Positions 9,396 to 17,838 of a DNA stretch of 64,000 nt are shown here, piece by piece. The DNA comes from Planctomycetota bacterium (lineage in GTDB: Bacteria > Planctomycetota > UBA11346), in assembly GCA_013816485.1 (NCBI GenBank), contig JACDEI010000010.1, forward strand, positions 54,854 to 118,853. The letters run 5' to 3'. The translations under genes and the position numbers were made by a program. The notes beneath the pieces are model-generated. The model had not been told where the DNA came from. It worked only from the letters and a program-made list of their open reading frames with translations, and did no database searches. Position 1 is the stretch's first letter; every line of letters begins with the position of its first letter.

Positions 9396-10187
9396 ATGGG
9401 AGCAGCCACTATGTGCGCGAATATCCTACGAGCGAACCTCCTGCGGATGCAGGTCCTGCTGCTGGCCCTGGGCTTGGCGTTGTCCGCCCCGGTCGCGTTC
9501 GCGGCCTCCGTGGATGAGGTGAAGGCCCAGTTTGCCGAAGCCTTCACCAAGGGCGAGTCCACCGACAAGAAGGCCGCCTTGCGCCTCGCCCAGGGTCTGG
9601 GCAAGGACCAGGATGACGTCGCCTTTGAACTACTGATCAAGGGCGTCAACGATCGCCAGGTCCACGACGAAGCGGTATTGGCGCTGCGTGCCCGCACCGG
9701 ACTTCAGCCGACCCTGCTCAACCGTGGCAGCGGCTACCCTGGGTATCCGGCCAGCGATGACGCCAGTGAGTGGAACAACTGGCTGTCTCAGCGCAAAAAG
9801 GACAAAGAGACCCAGCAGAAACTCGCCGAAGGCGAGAAGAAGCTCAAGGAACTGGAAGAGGACCAGAAGAAGGCCGATGACGCCAAGAACGGCAAACCGG
9901 CCACCGGCGGCGACAAACCGGCAGAAGGCAGCGACAAGCCTGGCGATCCGGCCACCGCCACTACCGAGCCGGGTAGCGACAAGCCGGCGTACGAACCACC
10001 GAGCGATCTTGGTCGTCTCGACCGCATCGTATTCAAGACCGGCGGCAGTCTGGTATGTTATGTCCTATCGAAGCGCGTGAACGCCGACGGTGTGCTGCAA
10101 TCGGTGCGCATCGTCCATCAGAACGATGGTGGCGAAGAGACTCTCGCTGCCGATCTGATCGCGCGCATCGACGAAGACGTGCGGTGA
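9396..10187 (+). CDS. Hypothetical secreted protein with a Lys/Asp/Glu-rich low-complexity centre.
   Basis: N-terminal signal LRMQVLLLALGLALSAPVAFAAS. The KKDKETQQKLAEGEKKLKELEEDQKKADDAKNGKPATGGDKPAEGSDKPGD region follows. Confidence 0.5.
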   Translation: MGAATMCANILRANLLRMQVLLLALGLALSAPVAFAASVDEVKAQFAEAFTKGESTDKKAALRLAQGLGKDQDDVAFELLIKGVNDRQVHDEAVLALRARTGLQPTLLNRGSGYPGYPASDDASEWNNWLSQRKKDKETQQKLAEGEKKLKELEEDQKKADDAKNGKPATGGDKPAEGSDKPGDPATATTEPGSDKPAYEPPSDLGRLDRIVFKTGGSLVCYVLSKRVNADGVLQSVRIVHQNDGGEETLAADLIARIDEDVR

Positions 10188-10202
10188 TTGCCACCGATGC
10201 AA

Positions 10203-10328
10203 TGCAGAAGGCAGAAAGCAGAATGCAGAAAGCAGAAGGCAGAAGGCAGAAAAATCAGGACGGTCGGACTACGGTATGGCTTTTCCGTAAACGCCACTCT
10301 GCACTCTGCACTCTGCATTCTGCCTTCG
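10203..10328. repeat. Tandem-heptamer inverted-repeat element: (GCAGAAn)x7, a 46-nt spacer, then (CACTCTG/CATTCTG)x4. It ends 11 nt before the coaD start codon.
   Basis: Left arm tgcagaaggcagaaagcagaatgcagaaagcagaaggcagaaggcagaaa, right arm cactctgcactctgcactctgcattctgccttc. The right arm is the reverse complement of the left. Confidence 0.75.
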
Positions 10329-10338
10329 TGGCCATCCG

Positions 10339-10818
10339 ATGAAGGCGCTCTATCCTGGATCCTTTGATCCACCGCATCTTGGTCATCTGGATCTGATCCG
10401 GCGTGCAGCGGCGCAGGTTGATCATTTGGTGGTCGGTGTGGCGCTCAATCCAGACAAACAGTCATTGCTGAGTGTCGACCAGCGCGTCGCACTCCTCGCC
10501 GCGCTTGGTCGTGAGTTGGGAAATGTCAGTGCGGTCGCTTACCAAGGAGCCACCGTCACCTTCGCCAAGACGCAGAAATGCACGGTGCTGGTGCGCGGTC
10601 TGCGCAATGCGGCGGATCTCGATGCCGAATTCGGCATGGCGCAGGTCAACCGTGCGAATGGCCTTGACACATTGTTTCTGGTGGCGGATGCGGCACAGCA
10701 ACACCTCAGCTCGCGCTTGGTGAAACTGGTCGGCGCAGCCGGCTTGTCGCTGGACGCGCTCGTTCCACCCGCGGTACTGGCGGTCGTGACCCCTATCTTT
10801 GCGCGCAAACCGGGCTGA
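10339..10818 (+). CDS. coaD: Phosphopantetheine adenylyltransferase.
   Basis: MKALYPGSFDPPHLGHLDLIRRA with the nucleotidyltransferase T/HxGH motif. Length 159 aa. Confidence 0.9.
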   Translation: MKALYPGSFDPPHLGHLDLIRRAAAQVDHLVVGVALNPDKQSLLSVDQRVALLAALGRELGNVSAVAYQGATVTFAKTQKCTVLVRGLRNAADLDAEFGMAQVNRANGLDTLFLVADAAQQHLSSRLVKLVGAAGLSLDALVPPAVLAVVTPIFARKPG

Positions 10819-10837
10819 GGCCTGAAGGAAAACGATC

Positions 10838-11305
10838 ATGGCCGAAAGCCTGCGCGGTAATCCACATCCCACGCCCAAACTCGGCCCGCTGCTGATCGAC
10901 GAGGCCTATATCGCAGCGATCGAGAAGCTGGTCGAATACGCCTCGCAGGCGAGCACCGACCTCCAATCCCAGCACGGCCTGGAGGTTTCTTTCGATGACG
11001 CGAACACGGGAGTCAAAGCGCTCGATCAGATCATCGAACGCGTGCGGGCACGCAACTGGCCGGCCGATTCCAGTCCGTTAAAGTGGCACGCCAACGCGCT
11101 CGGTGCGGTGCTGGCGTGCATGATGCTGCAACGCGGCAACTCCATCACCGCGTTCCGCTCCAAGGACAACTTCACCAATTTCTCGGTCTACATCCCGAAC
11201 ACCAAGGTGGAGTACTTCCCGTTTCACAAGATCCAGAAGTGCCTGAGCAGCACCGACACGGGAACGGTGGCGGCGTATTATGCGGAGTTTGACGGGGACA
11301 TGTGA
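10838..11305 (+). CDS. Hypothetical protein.
   Basis: 155-aa ORF in an operon position 20 nt after coaD. No family recognised. Confidence 0.5.
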   Translation: MAESLRGNPHPTPKLGPLLIDEAYIAAIEKLVEYASQASTDLQSQHGLEVSFDDANTGVKALDQIIERVRARNWPADSSPLKWHANALGAVLACMMLQRGNSITAFRSKDNFTNFSVYIPNTKVEYFPFHKIQKCLSSTDTGTVAAYYAEFDGDM

Positions 11306-11308
11306 GGG

Positions 11309-11450
11309 ATTGCCCCGGTACGAGGGGTACGAGGGGTACGAAAAGTCCGAAGGGTCCATTGAGCAGAAGAACAGAGTGGTGCAGTGGTCTGCGGACTTTT
11401 CGTACCCCTCGTACCCCTCGTACCCCTCGTACCCCTCGTACCGGGGCAAT
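11309..11450. repeat. Giant imperfect hairpin built from tandem 9-mers, GGTACGAGG on the left arm and GTACCCCTC on the right, exactly filling the gap between the convergent stop codons at 11305 and hisB 11450. Likely a bidirectional terminator or stabiliser.
   Basis: Left arm attgccccggtacgaggggtacgaggggtacgaaaagtccg at 11309-11349. Right arm gcggacttttcgtacccctcgtacccctcgtacccctcgtacccctcgtaccggggcaat at 11391-11450, which is the reverse complement. The loop is about 40 nt. Confidence 0.75.
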
Positions 11451-12034
11451 TATCCCAACAAACCCTTCGTCGACGGCAGCTCCGTCCCCGTCACTTTGAT
11501 CGCCTGACGTAATGCCCGTGCGGTCGCCTTGAACGCCGCTTCGACGATGTGGTGCGTGTTACGACCACACTGCTGGTGCAGGTGCAGGCAGATGCGCGCG
11601 TGATCGGTGAGGCCGCCGAAAAATTCGGGAACCAACTCCACCGCCCAGGTGCCGAGCATCGCCGCTTCGGGTTTCAAATCGTAGACCAAGTACGGTCTAC
11701 CGCTAACATCGACCGTAGCGGTGACCAGCGCCTCATCGAGCGGGCAGGCCATGTTGCCGAAACGTTCGATGCCGACGCGGTCGCCGAGCGCCTGCTTCAG
11801 GCACTGGCCCATGACGATGCCGACATCCTCGGTGGTGTGGTGCCCATCGATGTGCAGGTCGCCCGTGCAACTGACCTTGAGCGCGGTGCCGGAGTGTTTG
11901 CCGAGCGCGTCGAGCATGTGGTCGAGGAAACCGATGCCGGTAGAGATCTCCGCTGGAGCCGCGCGATCGAGATCCCAGGTGACGGTGATGTCGGTTTCTT
12001 TGGTCTTGCGGCTGACCGTGGTGATGCGCGGCAT
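11450..12034 (-). CDS. hisB: Imidazoleglycerol-phosphate dehydratase.
   Basis: TKETDITV...GIGFLDHMLD...HIDGHHTTEDVGIVMG...HHIVEAAFKATARAL. Confidence 0.9.
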   Translation of the reverse strand: MPRITTVSRKTKETDITVTWDLDRAAPAEISTGIGFLDHMLDALGKHSGTALKVSCTGDLHIDGHHTTEDVGIVMGQCLKQALGDRVGIERFGNMACPLDEALVTATVDVSGRPYLVYDLKPEAAMLGTWAVELVPEFFGGLTDHARICLHLHQQCGRNTHHIVEAAFKATARALRQAIKVTGTELPSTKGLLG

Positions 12035-12061
12035 GAGCTCTCCTGGTGCGGCGAGAGCCTA

Positions 12062-12345
12062 GCAGGCTGCTGAAAAACAGCAGCCTGCTAGGTTCGGAAA
12101 AATCCGGGGGCGACCTGCGGTCGCTATTTTCCCCGGATTTCTCCGAACGGCCTTTTTCCAAAGGGGGCCAAGACGGCCCCCTTCACCCCCCGCAGGCTGC
12201 TGAAAAACAGCAGCCTGCTAGGTTCGGAAAAATCCGGGGGCGACCTGCGGTCGCTATTTCCCCCGGATTTCTCCGAACGGCCTTTTTCCAAAGGGGGCCA
12301 AGACGGCCCCCTTCAACCCCCGCAGGCTGCTGAAAAAGCATACTG
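12062..12345. repeat. 130-bp tandem repeat, 2.2 copies. Each copy carries three strong nested hairpins. It lies in the divergent region between hisB and the diguanylate cyclase operon.
   Basis: Copies begin at 12062, 12192 and 12322 (partial). Each unit holds gcaggctgctgaaaaacagcagcctgc (an 11-bp stem), aaatccggggg-cgacctgcggtcg-ctatttccccggattt (nested stems), and ggggccaagacggcccc. Confidence 0.8.
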
Positions 12346-12458
12346 CGGGGGGTGGCAGCGGGTGGCTTGCATCCCACGACTGGGCGTGCGCGGTCGACAT
12401 GACATCATCTGCGGTCCTGGTGCTTGCCTCGTGGTCTGCCCCTGGCGAACATGCATAG

Positions 12459-13784
12459 ATGACGCGCGGCCTCCAACCGAGCATAGCTTCGCTGATCGGT
12501 CTCTGCCTGGGGTCCGGGAGCGCGGCGTCGGTATCGTTGCTCGTTCCTGAGTGGTCGCCGCTGCTGGGGATAGTGGCGGCAGTGGTCGGTTGTGGTGCCT
12601 GGGTACTGGCTGGCGCGGCGGTGTACGGGCGGGCGGGGATGCTGTTGTTTCTCCCGGCGTTGGCCGCGCTGCCGGGTGGGGGTTGGTTGGCCCTGGGCGG
12701 TTGGACCGTCGCGGCGGCGATCGGCCTGTGGGTGTTGCACCAGCGCGCCGCGGTCGGCGATCCGGCGCAGATCCGCAGCTTGCGCGCCGAACTGCGCGAT
12801 GCCGAACATGAACGCACGCTGCTGCACCGTCACATCCAACGTTATCCGGTGCTGCTCGAAGCCTGTCTTGAACTCTCCGCCGTGCGTGAGCTCGGCCAGT
12901 TCGCCCACGTGTTGTGTCAAGGCACCCGCGAACTGCTGCCGGGCATCACCTGCGTGCGGGTGTTCCTGGGCACCATCGAACGGCAGAGCTGTTTGGCCTC
13001 GGTCAACGCCGAGGGCAATCCGCACCCGGGCGAGGCCGGCGTCGACCAGTTCTATGTCGCGTGCGAAGCCCGGCCGCTCATCCGTCGCAACGGTCGCGAG
13101 GTCCATTTGCTCATCCCGCTGCGTGGAGACCGCCGGCAGGGCGATAACAATGAAACGCTGCGCGGCGTGTTGGAGGTGCAGCTCACCACCGACGATGTCG
13201 GCGATCGTTTGGCGCTCGAACTGCTCGGCGCGCTCGGCCGCCTGGGTGGTCTCGGATTGGCGGCGGTCGATCTGGTGAACCAGGCGCGTTCGTTGGCGCT
13301 GCGCGATGACCTCACCGGCCTGTTCGGCCAGCACGAGTTCCTCCGTCGTCTTGATGAGCAGGCGGCGGCCTGTCGTCGTCATGACGTCGAGCTGGGTGTC
13401 ATCATGTGCGACATGGACCACCTCAAACGGTTCAACGATCGCCATGGCCATCCCGCCGGCGACACGGCCCTGCGCCAAGTCGCCGCGATCCTCACCCGGG
13501 TGCTGCCTGACGACGCGATCGTCTGCCGTTATGGTGGTGAGGAGTTCGCCGCCATCATCGTCAGCCGTCCGCTGGCGCGCATGGAACTGATCGCCAAAGC
13601 GGTACGGGCCGCGATCGCCGATGAGCCGGTAGCGGTCGGTGAACAAGCCGTGCGGGTAACTGCATCGCTCGGCGTGGCGGTGATGGGTGCCGAGGAGAAT
13701 CCGCGTGCGACCTTGCAACGCGCTGATGCCGCGTGTTACGCCGCAAAGGCGGCCGGCCGTAATCGCGTCGAGCTCGCGTCATGA
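12459..13784 (+). CDS. Membrane-anchored diguanylate cyclase (GGDEF domain) with an N-terminal TM/sensor region.
   Basis: Hydrophobic N-terminus. GGDEF core DDLTGLFGQHEF...CDMDHLKRFNDRHGHPAGD...RYGGEEFAAI. Confidence 0.8.
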   Translation: MTRGLQPSIASLIGLCLGSGSAASVSLLVPEWSPLLGIVAAVVGCGAWVLAGAAVYGRAGMLLFLPALAALPGGGWLALGGWTVAAAIGLWVLHQRAAVGDPAQIRSLRAELRDAEHERTLLHRHIQRYPVLLEACLELSAVRELGQFAHVLCQGTRELLPGITCVRVFLGTIERQSCLASVNAEGNPHPGEAGVDQFYVACEARPLIRRNGREVHLLIPLRGDRRQGDNNETLRGVLEVQLTTDDVGDRLALELLGALGRLGGLGLAAVDLVNQARSLALRDDLTGLFGQHEFLRRLDEQAAACRRHDVELGVIMCDMDHLKRFNDRHGHPAGDTALRQVAAILTRVLPDDAIVCRYGGEEFAAIIVSRPLARMELIAKAVRAAIADEPVAVGEQAVRVTASLGVAVMGAEENPRATLQRADAACYAAKAAGRNRVELAS

Positions 13785-15028
13785 ATCCACGCGTGGTCGT
13801 CATCCTGCCGGTGGTGCTGACCGTCGCACTCGCGGGTTGGGGTGTGGCGCAGGGGCAGCTCTGGCTGGTGGCACCCGCAATGGTCGCGGTGGTCGCGGCC
13901 ATCGCCTTGATCGTCGGTCTGCGTCCGGTGATCAGCACCGGCACCCGCACGGTGGCTCTGGCCGCCGATCCACGTCTGCTCGACATCAAGCGCAAGAGTA
14001 TCACCGAGGAACTGGCGGTGCTGGAGGACGCGCAGGAGCTCCAACGCGGAGTGTTCGAGGTCAGCGCCGAACTGGTCGGTTGCGTCGATGAGGTGGATGC
14101 GCGTCACCGCTTTGCCGCCGCCATGCGCCGCTACTGGTCATGCAGCACGGTCGATCTGGTGGTGTGGGAAAAAGGGTCGTGGCGTGGGTTGGGCGCGCCC
14201 GCCACTGGCGATGTCCCGGCCCTCACCGGTCCGGTGCTGCTCCCCGATCAACCGGGCGGCGATCTGGTGCTCGACCTCAGCCCAGGCGTCGACGGCCAAG
14301 CAGCGCTGGTGCTGCGTCAGGCGCACTTGCAACCGAGCCTCGCCGGACGCTCGCCCGCAGATCAGCGCTACGTCGCCGAGGTGTTGCGCACCCAATTGTC
14401 CTTGTCACTGCGCCGGGTGGTGCTCTACGCCGGGCTGCAATCGCTCGCGCGCGTCGATCCGCTTACCGGTGCCAACCGCCGGTGGTACGGCGACACCCGC
14501 TTGACCGAACTCTGCGATGGCGGCGAGGTGGTGGCGGTAGCGATGGTCGACATCGACCATTTCAAATCCATCAACGATGGGTTCGGCCATGCCGCGGGCG
14601 ACCAGGTGCTCGCCGCCGTCGGCCGCGCACTGACCGCGCAATTGCGTACGGGCGACCTGGTGTCGCGTTACGGTGGCGAAGAGTTCCTGGTCGTCCTGCC
14701 GGACACGCCGCCCGCCGGCGCCATGCAGGTGGCCGAACGTCTGCGCGAAGCGGTCGAGGCGATCGCCGGGATGCCGAAGCTGGTGACGGTGTCGATCGGG
14801 GTGGCGGCCTGCTATCAGGACGAAACCGCCGCCAGTCTAGTCAGTCGCGCCGATGCCGCGCTCTACCAGGCCAAAACCGGCGGTCGCAACCGCGTGACCA
14901 TGGCCGATGACGGCGGTGCCGAGGGTTTCCTGCGCATCACGGCGCGCCGCACCAAGCAGGCTTTGGGCAACGAAAGTGCGACCTATCGCGCGATGACCGC
15001 TGCCCGTCCGACACCACCGCCGCAATAA
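13781..15028 (+). CDS. Second membrane-anchored diguanylate cyclase (GGDEF). Its start overlaps the previous stop (ATGA).
   Basis: DPLTGANRRWYG...VDIDHFKSINDGFGHAAGD...RYGGEEFLVVL...ALYQAKTGGRNRV. Confidence 0.8.
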   Translation: MNPRVVVILPVVLTVALAGWGVAQGQLWLVAPAMVAVVAAIALIVGLRPVISTGTRTVALAADPRLLDIKRKSITEELAVLEDAQELQRGVFEVSAELVGCVDEVDARHRFAAAMRRYWSCSTVDLVVWEKGSWRGLGAPATGDVPALTGPVLLPDQPGGDLVLDLSPGVDGQAALVLRQAHLQPSLAGRSPADQRYVAEVLRTQLSLSLRRVVLYAGLQSLARVDPLTGANRRWYGDTRLTELCDGGEVVAVAMVDIDHFKSINDGFGHAAGDQVLAAVGRALTAQLRTGDLVSRYGGEEFLVVLPDTPPAGAMQVAERLREAVEAIAGMPKLVTVSIGVAACYQDETAASLVSRADAALYQAKTGGRNRVTMADDGGAEGFLRITARRTKQALGNESATYRAMTAARPTPPPQ

Positions 15029-15119
15029 GACGGCGCGATGTGCGCGGTAGTGGTCTGGGCTCGCCGGTGCCCGAGGTCCAGGAACCGGCGCACCATATGC
15101 CGCACGTTACGCCGGACGA

Positions 15120-16361
15120 TCAGCGCAGGACTTTGGCGTCCGCGGCGGCCTTCTTCGGATCCGCGCCGTCACGGGTGAAGCTCGGTTCTCCGCCGCGCAG
15201 CCGCACGCTGACGATGTCGCCGGCCTTGACCTGCCCGGAGGCGATCAGGCGCGAGAGCGGCGCGACCAGCATTCGTTCGACCGCACGGCGCATCGGGCGT
15301 GCACCGAACTGCGGATCGGTGCCTTCGGACTGCAACTTGTCGAGGTAGGCGGGCGAGTAGTGCAGGATGATCGGCATGTTGGCGCCGAGCAGGCGTTTGT
15401 AGACGTCCTGCAACATCAGGTTGAGGATCTTGCGCAGGTCCTGGCTGGTCAGCACGCGGAAGCAGATGATGTCGTCGAAGCGGTTGAGGAACTCGTAGGG
15501 GAACACTTCCTTGGCGGCTTCGACCGCCTTGGTCTTGATGTCGTGGTTGATCGCCTCCGCCTCACGTTGGACCTCGAAGCCGATCGAGCGGTGGCGCAGC
15601 GTGGCACTCATCTCCTCGGCGCCGACGTTGGTGGTGATGACGATCACCGAGCGGGTGAAGTCGACGGTCTTGTTGTTGCCCAGCGTCAGGTGGCCGTCCT
15701 CCATCAGCCCGAGCAGCGCGTTCCACAATTTGGGATGCGCCTTTTCGACTTCGTCGAACAGTACAATCGACAAGAAGTGCGACTTCACCTGGGGGAACAG
15801 CCGTGCGATCTTGCCTTCGCCTTCAGCGAACACGCCACGGCCTTCGGACTGTGCTTCCTTGTGGTGTTTGTCGAGGTTGTCCTGCGACAACATCGGCTCG
15901 ACATCGTTGCCGACGTAGCCTGGGGGTGAGCCGAAGAGCTTGGAGACCGTGAACTCACTGGAGAACTCCTGGCAGTTCACCCGCGTGAAGGCGTTGCGCT
16001 TGCCGAAGATGGTCTCGGCCAGGGCCTTTACCGTCTCGGTTTTGCCCACGCCGGTCGGCCCGAGGAACAGCAGGGTCAGGATCGGACGTTCGGGATTACG
16101 GATGCCGGCCAGCACTTTGCTGAAGCTGTCGAGGATCGCATCGATCGCCGGGACTTGGCCGATCACCCGTTCACGCAGCATGGCTTCGAAGCGTGAGACC
16201 TGGTTGGAACGCCGGGTCGGATCCAGTACCTGGGAACGGTCCTTCTTGCTGGGGGCGGGTTCGGCGTGCGCCATGTGGGCCTCATCAGGAGCGGGTGGGC
16301 GAAGCGGTCGTCGCGCTGAAGGTCTGCCGGCATCCTCGGCGTTCACCCAGGTATACCCCAA
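15120..16361 (-). CDS. Stand-alone Clp/Hsp100-type AAA+ ATPase (D2-like module only).
   Basis: Walker A LLFLGPTGVGKTE, Walker B LSIVLFDEVEKAH, sensor ITTNVG, and a C-terminal ClpB_D2-small-like FLNRFDDIICFRVL. There is a 35-aa insertion between Walker A and Walker B. The start may be internal. Confidence 0.7.
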   Translation of the reverse strand: MGYTWVNAEDAGRPSARRPLRPPAPDEAHMAHAEPAPSKKDRSQVLDPTRRSNQVSRFEAMLRERVIGQVPAIDAILDSFSKVLAGIRNPERPILTLLFLGPTGVGKTETVKALAETIFGKRNAFTRVNCQEFSSEFTVSKLFGSPPGYVGNDVEPMLSQDNLDKHHKEAQSEGRGVFAEGEGKIARLFPQVKSHFLSIVLFDEVEKAHPKLWNALLGLMEDGHLTLGNNKTVDFTRSVIVITTNVGAEEMSATLRHRSIGFEVQREAEAINHDIKTKAVEAAKEVFPYEFLNRFDDIICFRVLTSQDLRKILNLMLQDVYKRLLGANMPIILHYSPAYLDKLQSEGTDPQFGARPMRRAVERMLVAPLSRLIASGQVKAGDIVSVRLRGGEPSFTRDGADPKKAAADAKVLR

Positions 16362-16397
16362 AATCTCACAACGCTGCTGATTGATTCTGCGAGCCTT

Positions 16398-16964
16398 TCA
16401 CACGGCGACCAGAGGCCAATCAGCCAGCACCTCATAGCGTGAGCCAGGGCCTTCGCGTCGGCGGTAGAACACCAAGTCGGTAGTCTCGCAAGTGCCCCAG
16501 TCCGCCAGTCCGTTGGCGAGGAACAGGTCGCTCCACGTGCGACCGGGCGCCGGCGTCTGCCACGCACCGGCGCGCCGCGGATGGCAAATGGTGACGTGTG
16601 GTGCAAAGGCGGGATCACGCGTCAGGTCGAGCCCCGCGCACAGATCGAGGTGGATGTCCGCACAACGTGCGTCGATGTCCGTCAACGCGGCGAACACCGT
16701 GCGCGGTTCGCTCCGCCCACCAGCGGCACCGATGCCGCTGAAACGTAGGTCCGGCCGACGCAGACCGCAGGCCACCAGATCGATCGCCGATGGCAGCAGG
16801 TGGGCCTCGTCCGCGGCGAGCTCGCCCAGGAAGGCCACGGTCAGGTGGTAGTTCTCGGGATCGACCCACGTCGCCGGCAGTTCCCAGGCCTGGAGCCGCT
16901 GCGCCACCTGCGCCAGACGATCACGCGGGGCATCCGCCAGTTTCAGGGCGAGGAAATGGTTCAT
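16398..16964 (-). CDS. thpR: RNA 2',3'-cyclic phosphodiesterase (2H phosphoesterase, ThpR/LigT family).
   Basis: Two H-x-T-x motifs, HLTVAFLG and HVTICHP. The ATG at 16964 is confirmed. The longer 494-aa ORF is an artefact extension. Confidence 0.75.
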   Translation of the reverse strand: MNHFLALKLADAPRDRLAQVAQRLQAWELPATWVDPENYHLTVAFLGELAADEAHLLPSAIDLVACGLRRPDLRFSGIGAAGGRSEPRTVFAALTDIDARCADIHLDLCAGLDLTRDPAFAPHVTICHPRRAGAWQTPAPGRTWSDLFLANGLADWGTCETTDLVFYRRREGPGSRYEVLADWPLVAV

Positions 16965-17024
16965 GCGCGCGTCATGCTGGTGGTGAGGTTGTCGGGGATT
17001 ACCCAACCCTGCGCTTGGCAGGGG

Positions 17025-17792
17025 ATGGCGATGATCAAAACTGCACACATGCCCGTAACGGATGCCATGACTTTGCTCGATAGCTGGTTGCAGCGTCAGC
17101 TCAAGGCTGAGACCTCTGTCTGGCTGTGCGACACGTGCGCGAGCGTCGCGGCGGGCGGCGGCACGCGGGCGCTGTTCATCGCCTTCAGCACCGCCGGACG
17201 GCGTGCCGGACGCGACGACCTGCGTCTGGGCGAAGTAGATCGCACTGCTGCACAGGCGGCACGCAGCGGTTGGGATCCCGTGCGCTGGAGCATCGATCAG
17301 GCGGTGCGCACGCGGCTGGTGCTCGCGCTGCCATCGTCCGATGCCAAGGCGTGGCTGACCACGCTGGATCAGCTCTTCGCTGCTGCGGGCCTGGAAGAAC
17401 TCGTCGCGCTCTACCAGGCGCTGCCGCTTTTTCCGCACCAGGACCTGCTCGCGCCGCGTATCGCCGAGGGTGTGCGCTCGAACATGAAGCCGGTGTTCAA
17501 TGCGGTGGCGCTCGACAATCCCATCGCCGGCGAACGTCTCGACCGGGACGCCTGGAACCAGACGGTGCTCAAGGCGCTGTTCGTCGCCAGTCCGGTGGCG
17601 CGCATGGTTGGGGCGCAGCGTCGGGCCAACACCACTTTGGCACAGATGCTGATCGACTACGCTCGCGAGCGCATTGCCGCCAAGCGGCCGGTGCCGGGCG
17701 ATCTGTGGGATGCCGCCCGACCGGGCTGCGATACAGCACAGCGTGTCGAACTCGACCGTTTGCAGCACAGCGCCGCGGCAGCGACCGCGTAG
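17025..17792 (+). CDS. Hypothetical protein. Possibly EboA-like, given the TatD-family neighbour (low confidence).
   Basis: 255-aa ORF starting MAMIKTAHMPV, 46 nt upstream of a TatD-family gene. No motif recognised. Confidence 0.45.
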   Translation: MAMIKTAHMPVTDAMTLLDSWLQRQLKAETSVWLCDTCASVAAGGGTRALFIAFSTAGRRAGRDDLRLGEVDRTAAQAARSGWDPVRWSIDQAVRTRLVLALPSSDAKAWLTTLDQLFAAAGLEELVALYQALPLFPHQDLLAPRIAEGVRSNMKPVFNAVALDNPIAGERLDRDAWNQTVLKALFVASPVARMVGAQRRANTTLAQMLIDYARERIAAKRPVPGDLWDAARPGCDTAQRVELDRLQHSAAAATA

Positions 17793-17838
17793 CTTCTTTC
17801 CTGTCTTTCTCTGCTTTCTCGGAACGGGAGCCTTGGCC

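Noticed and set aside
12405-13718. 437-aa minus-strand ORF.
   Set aside because: Antisense to the first GGDEF gene.
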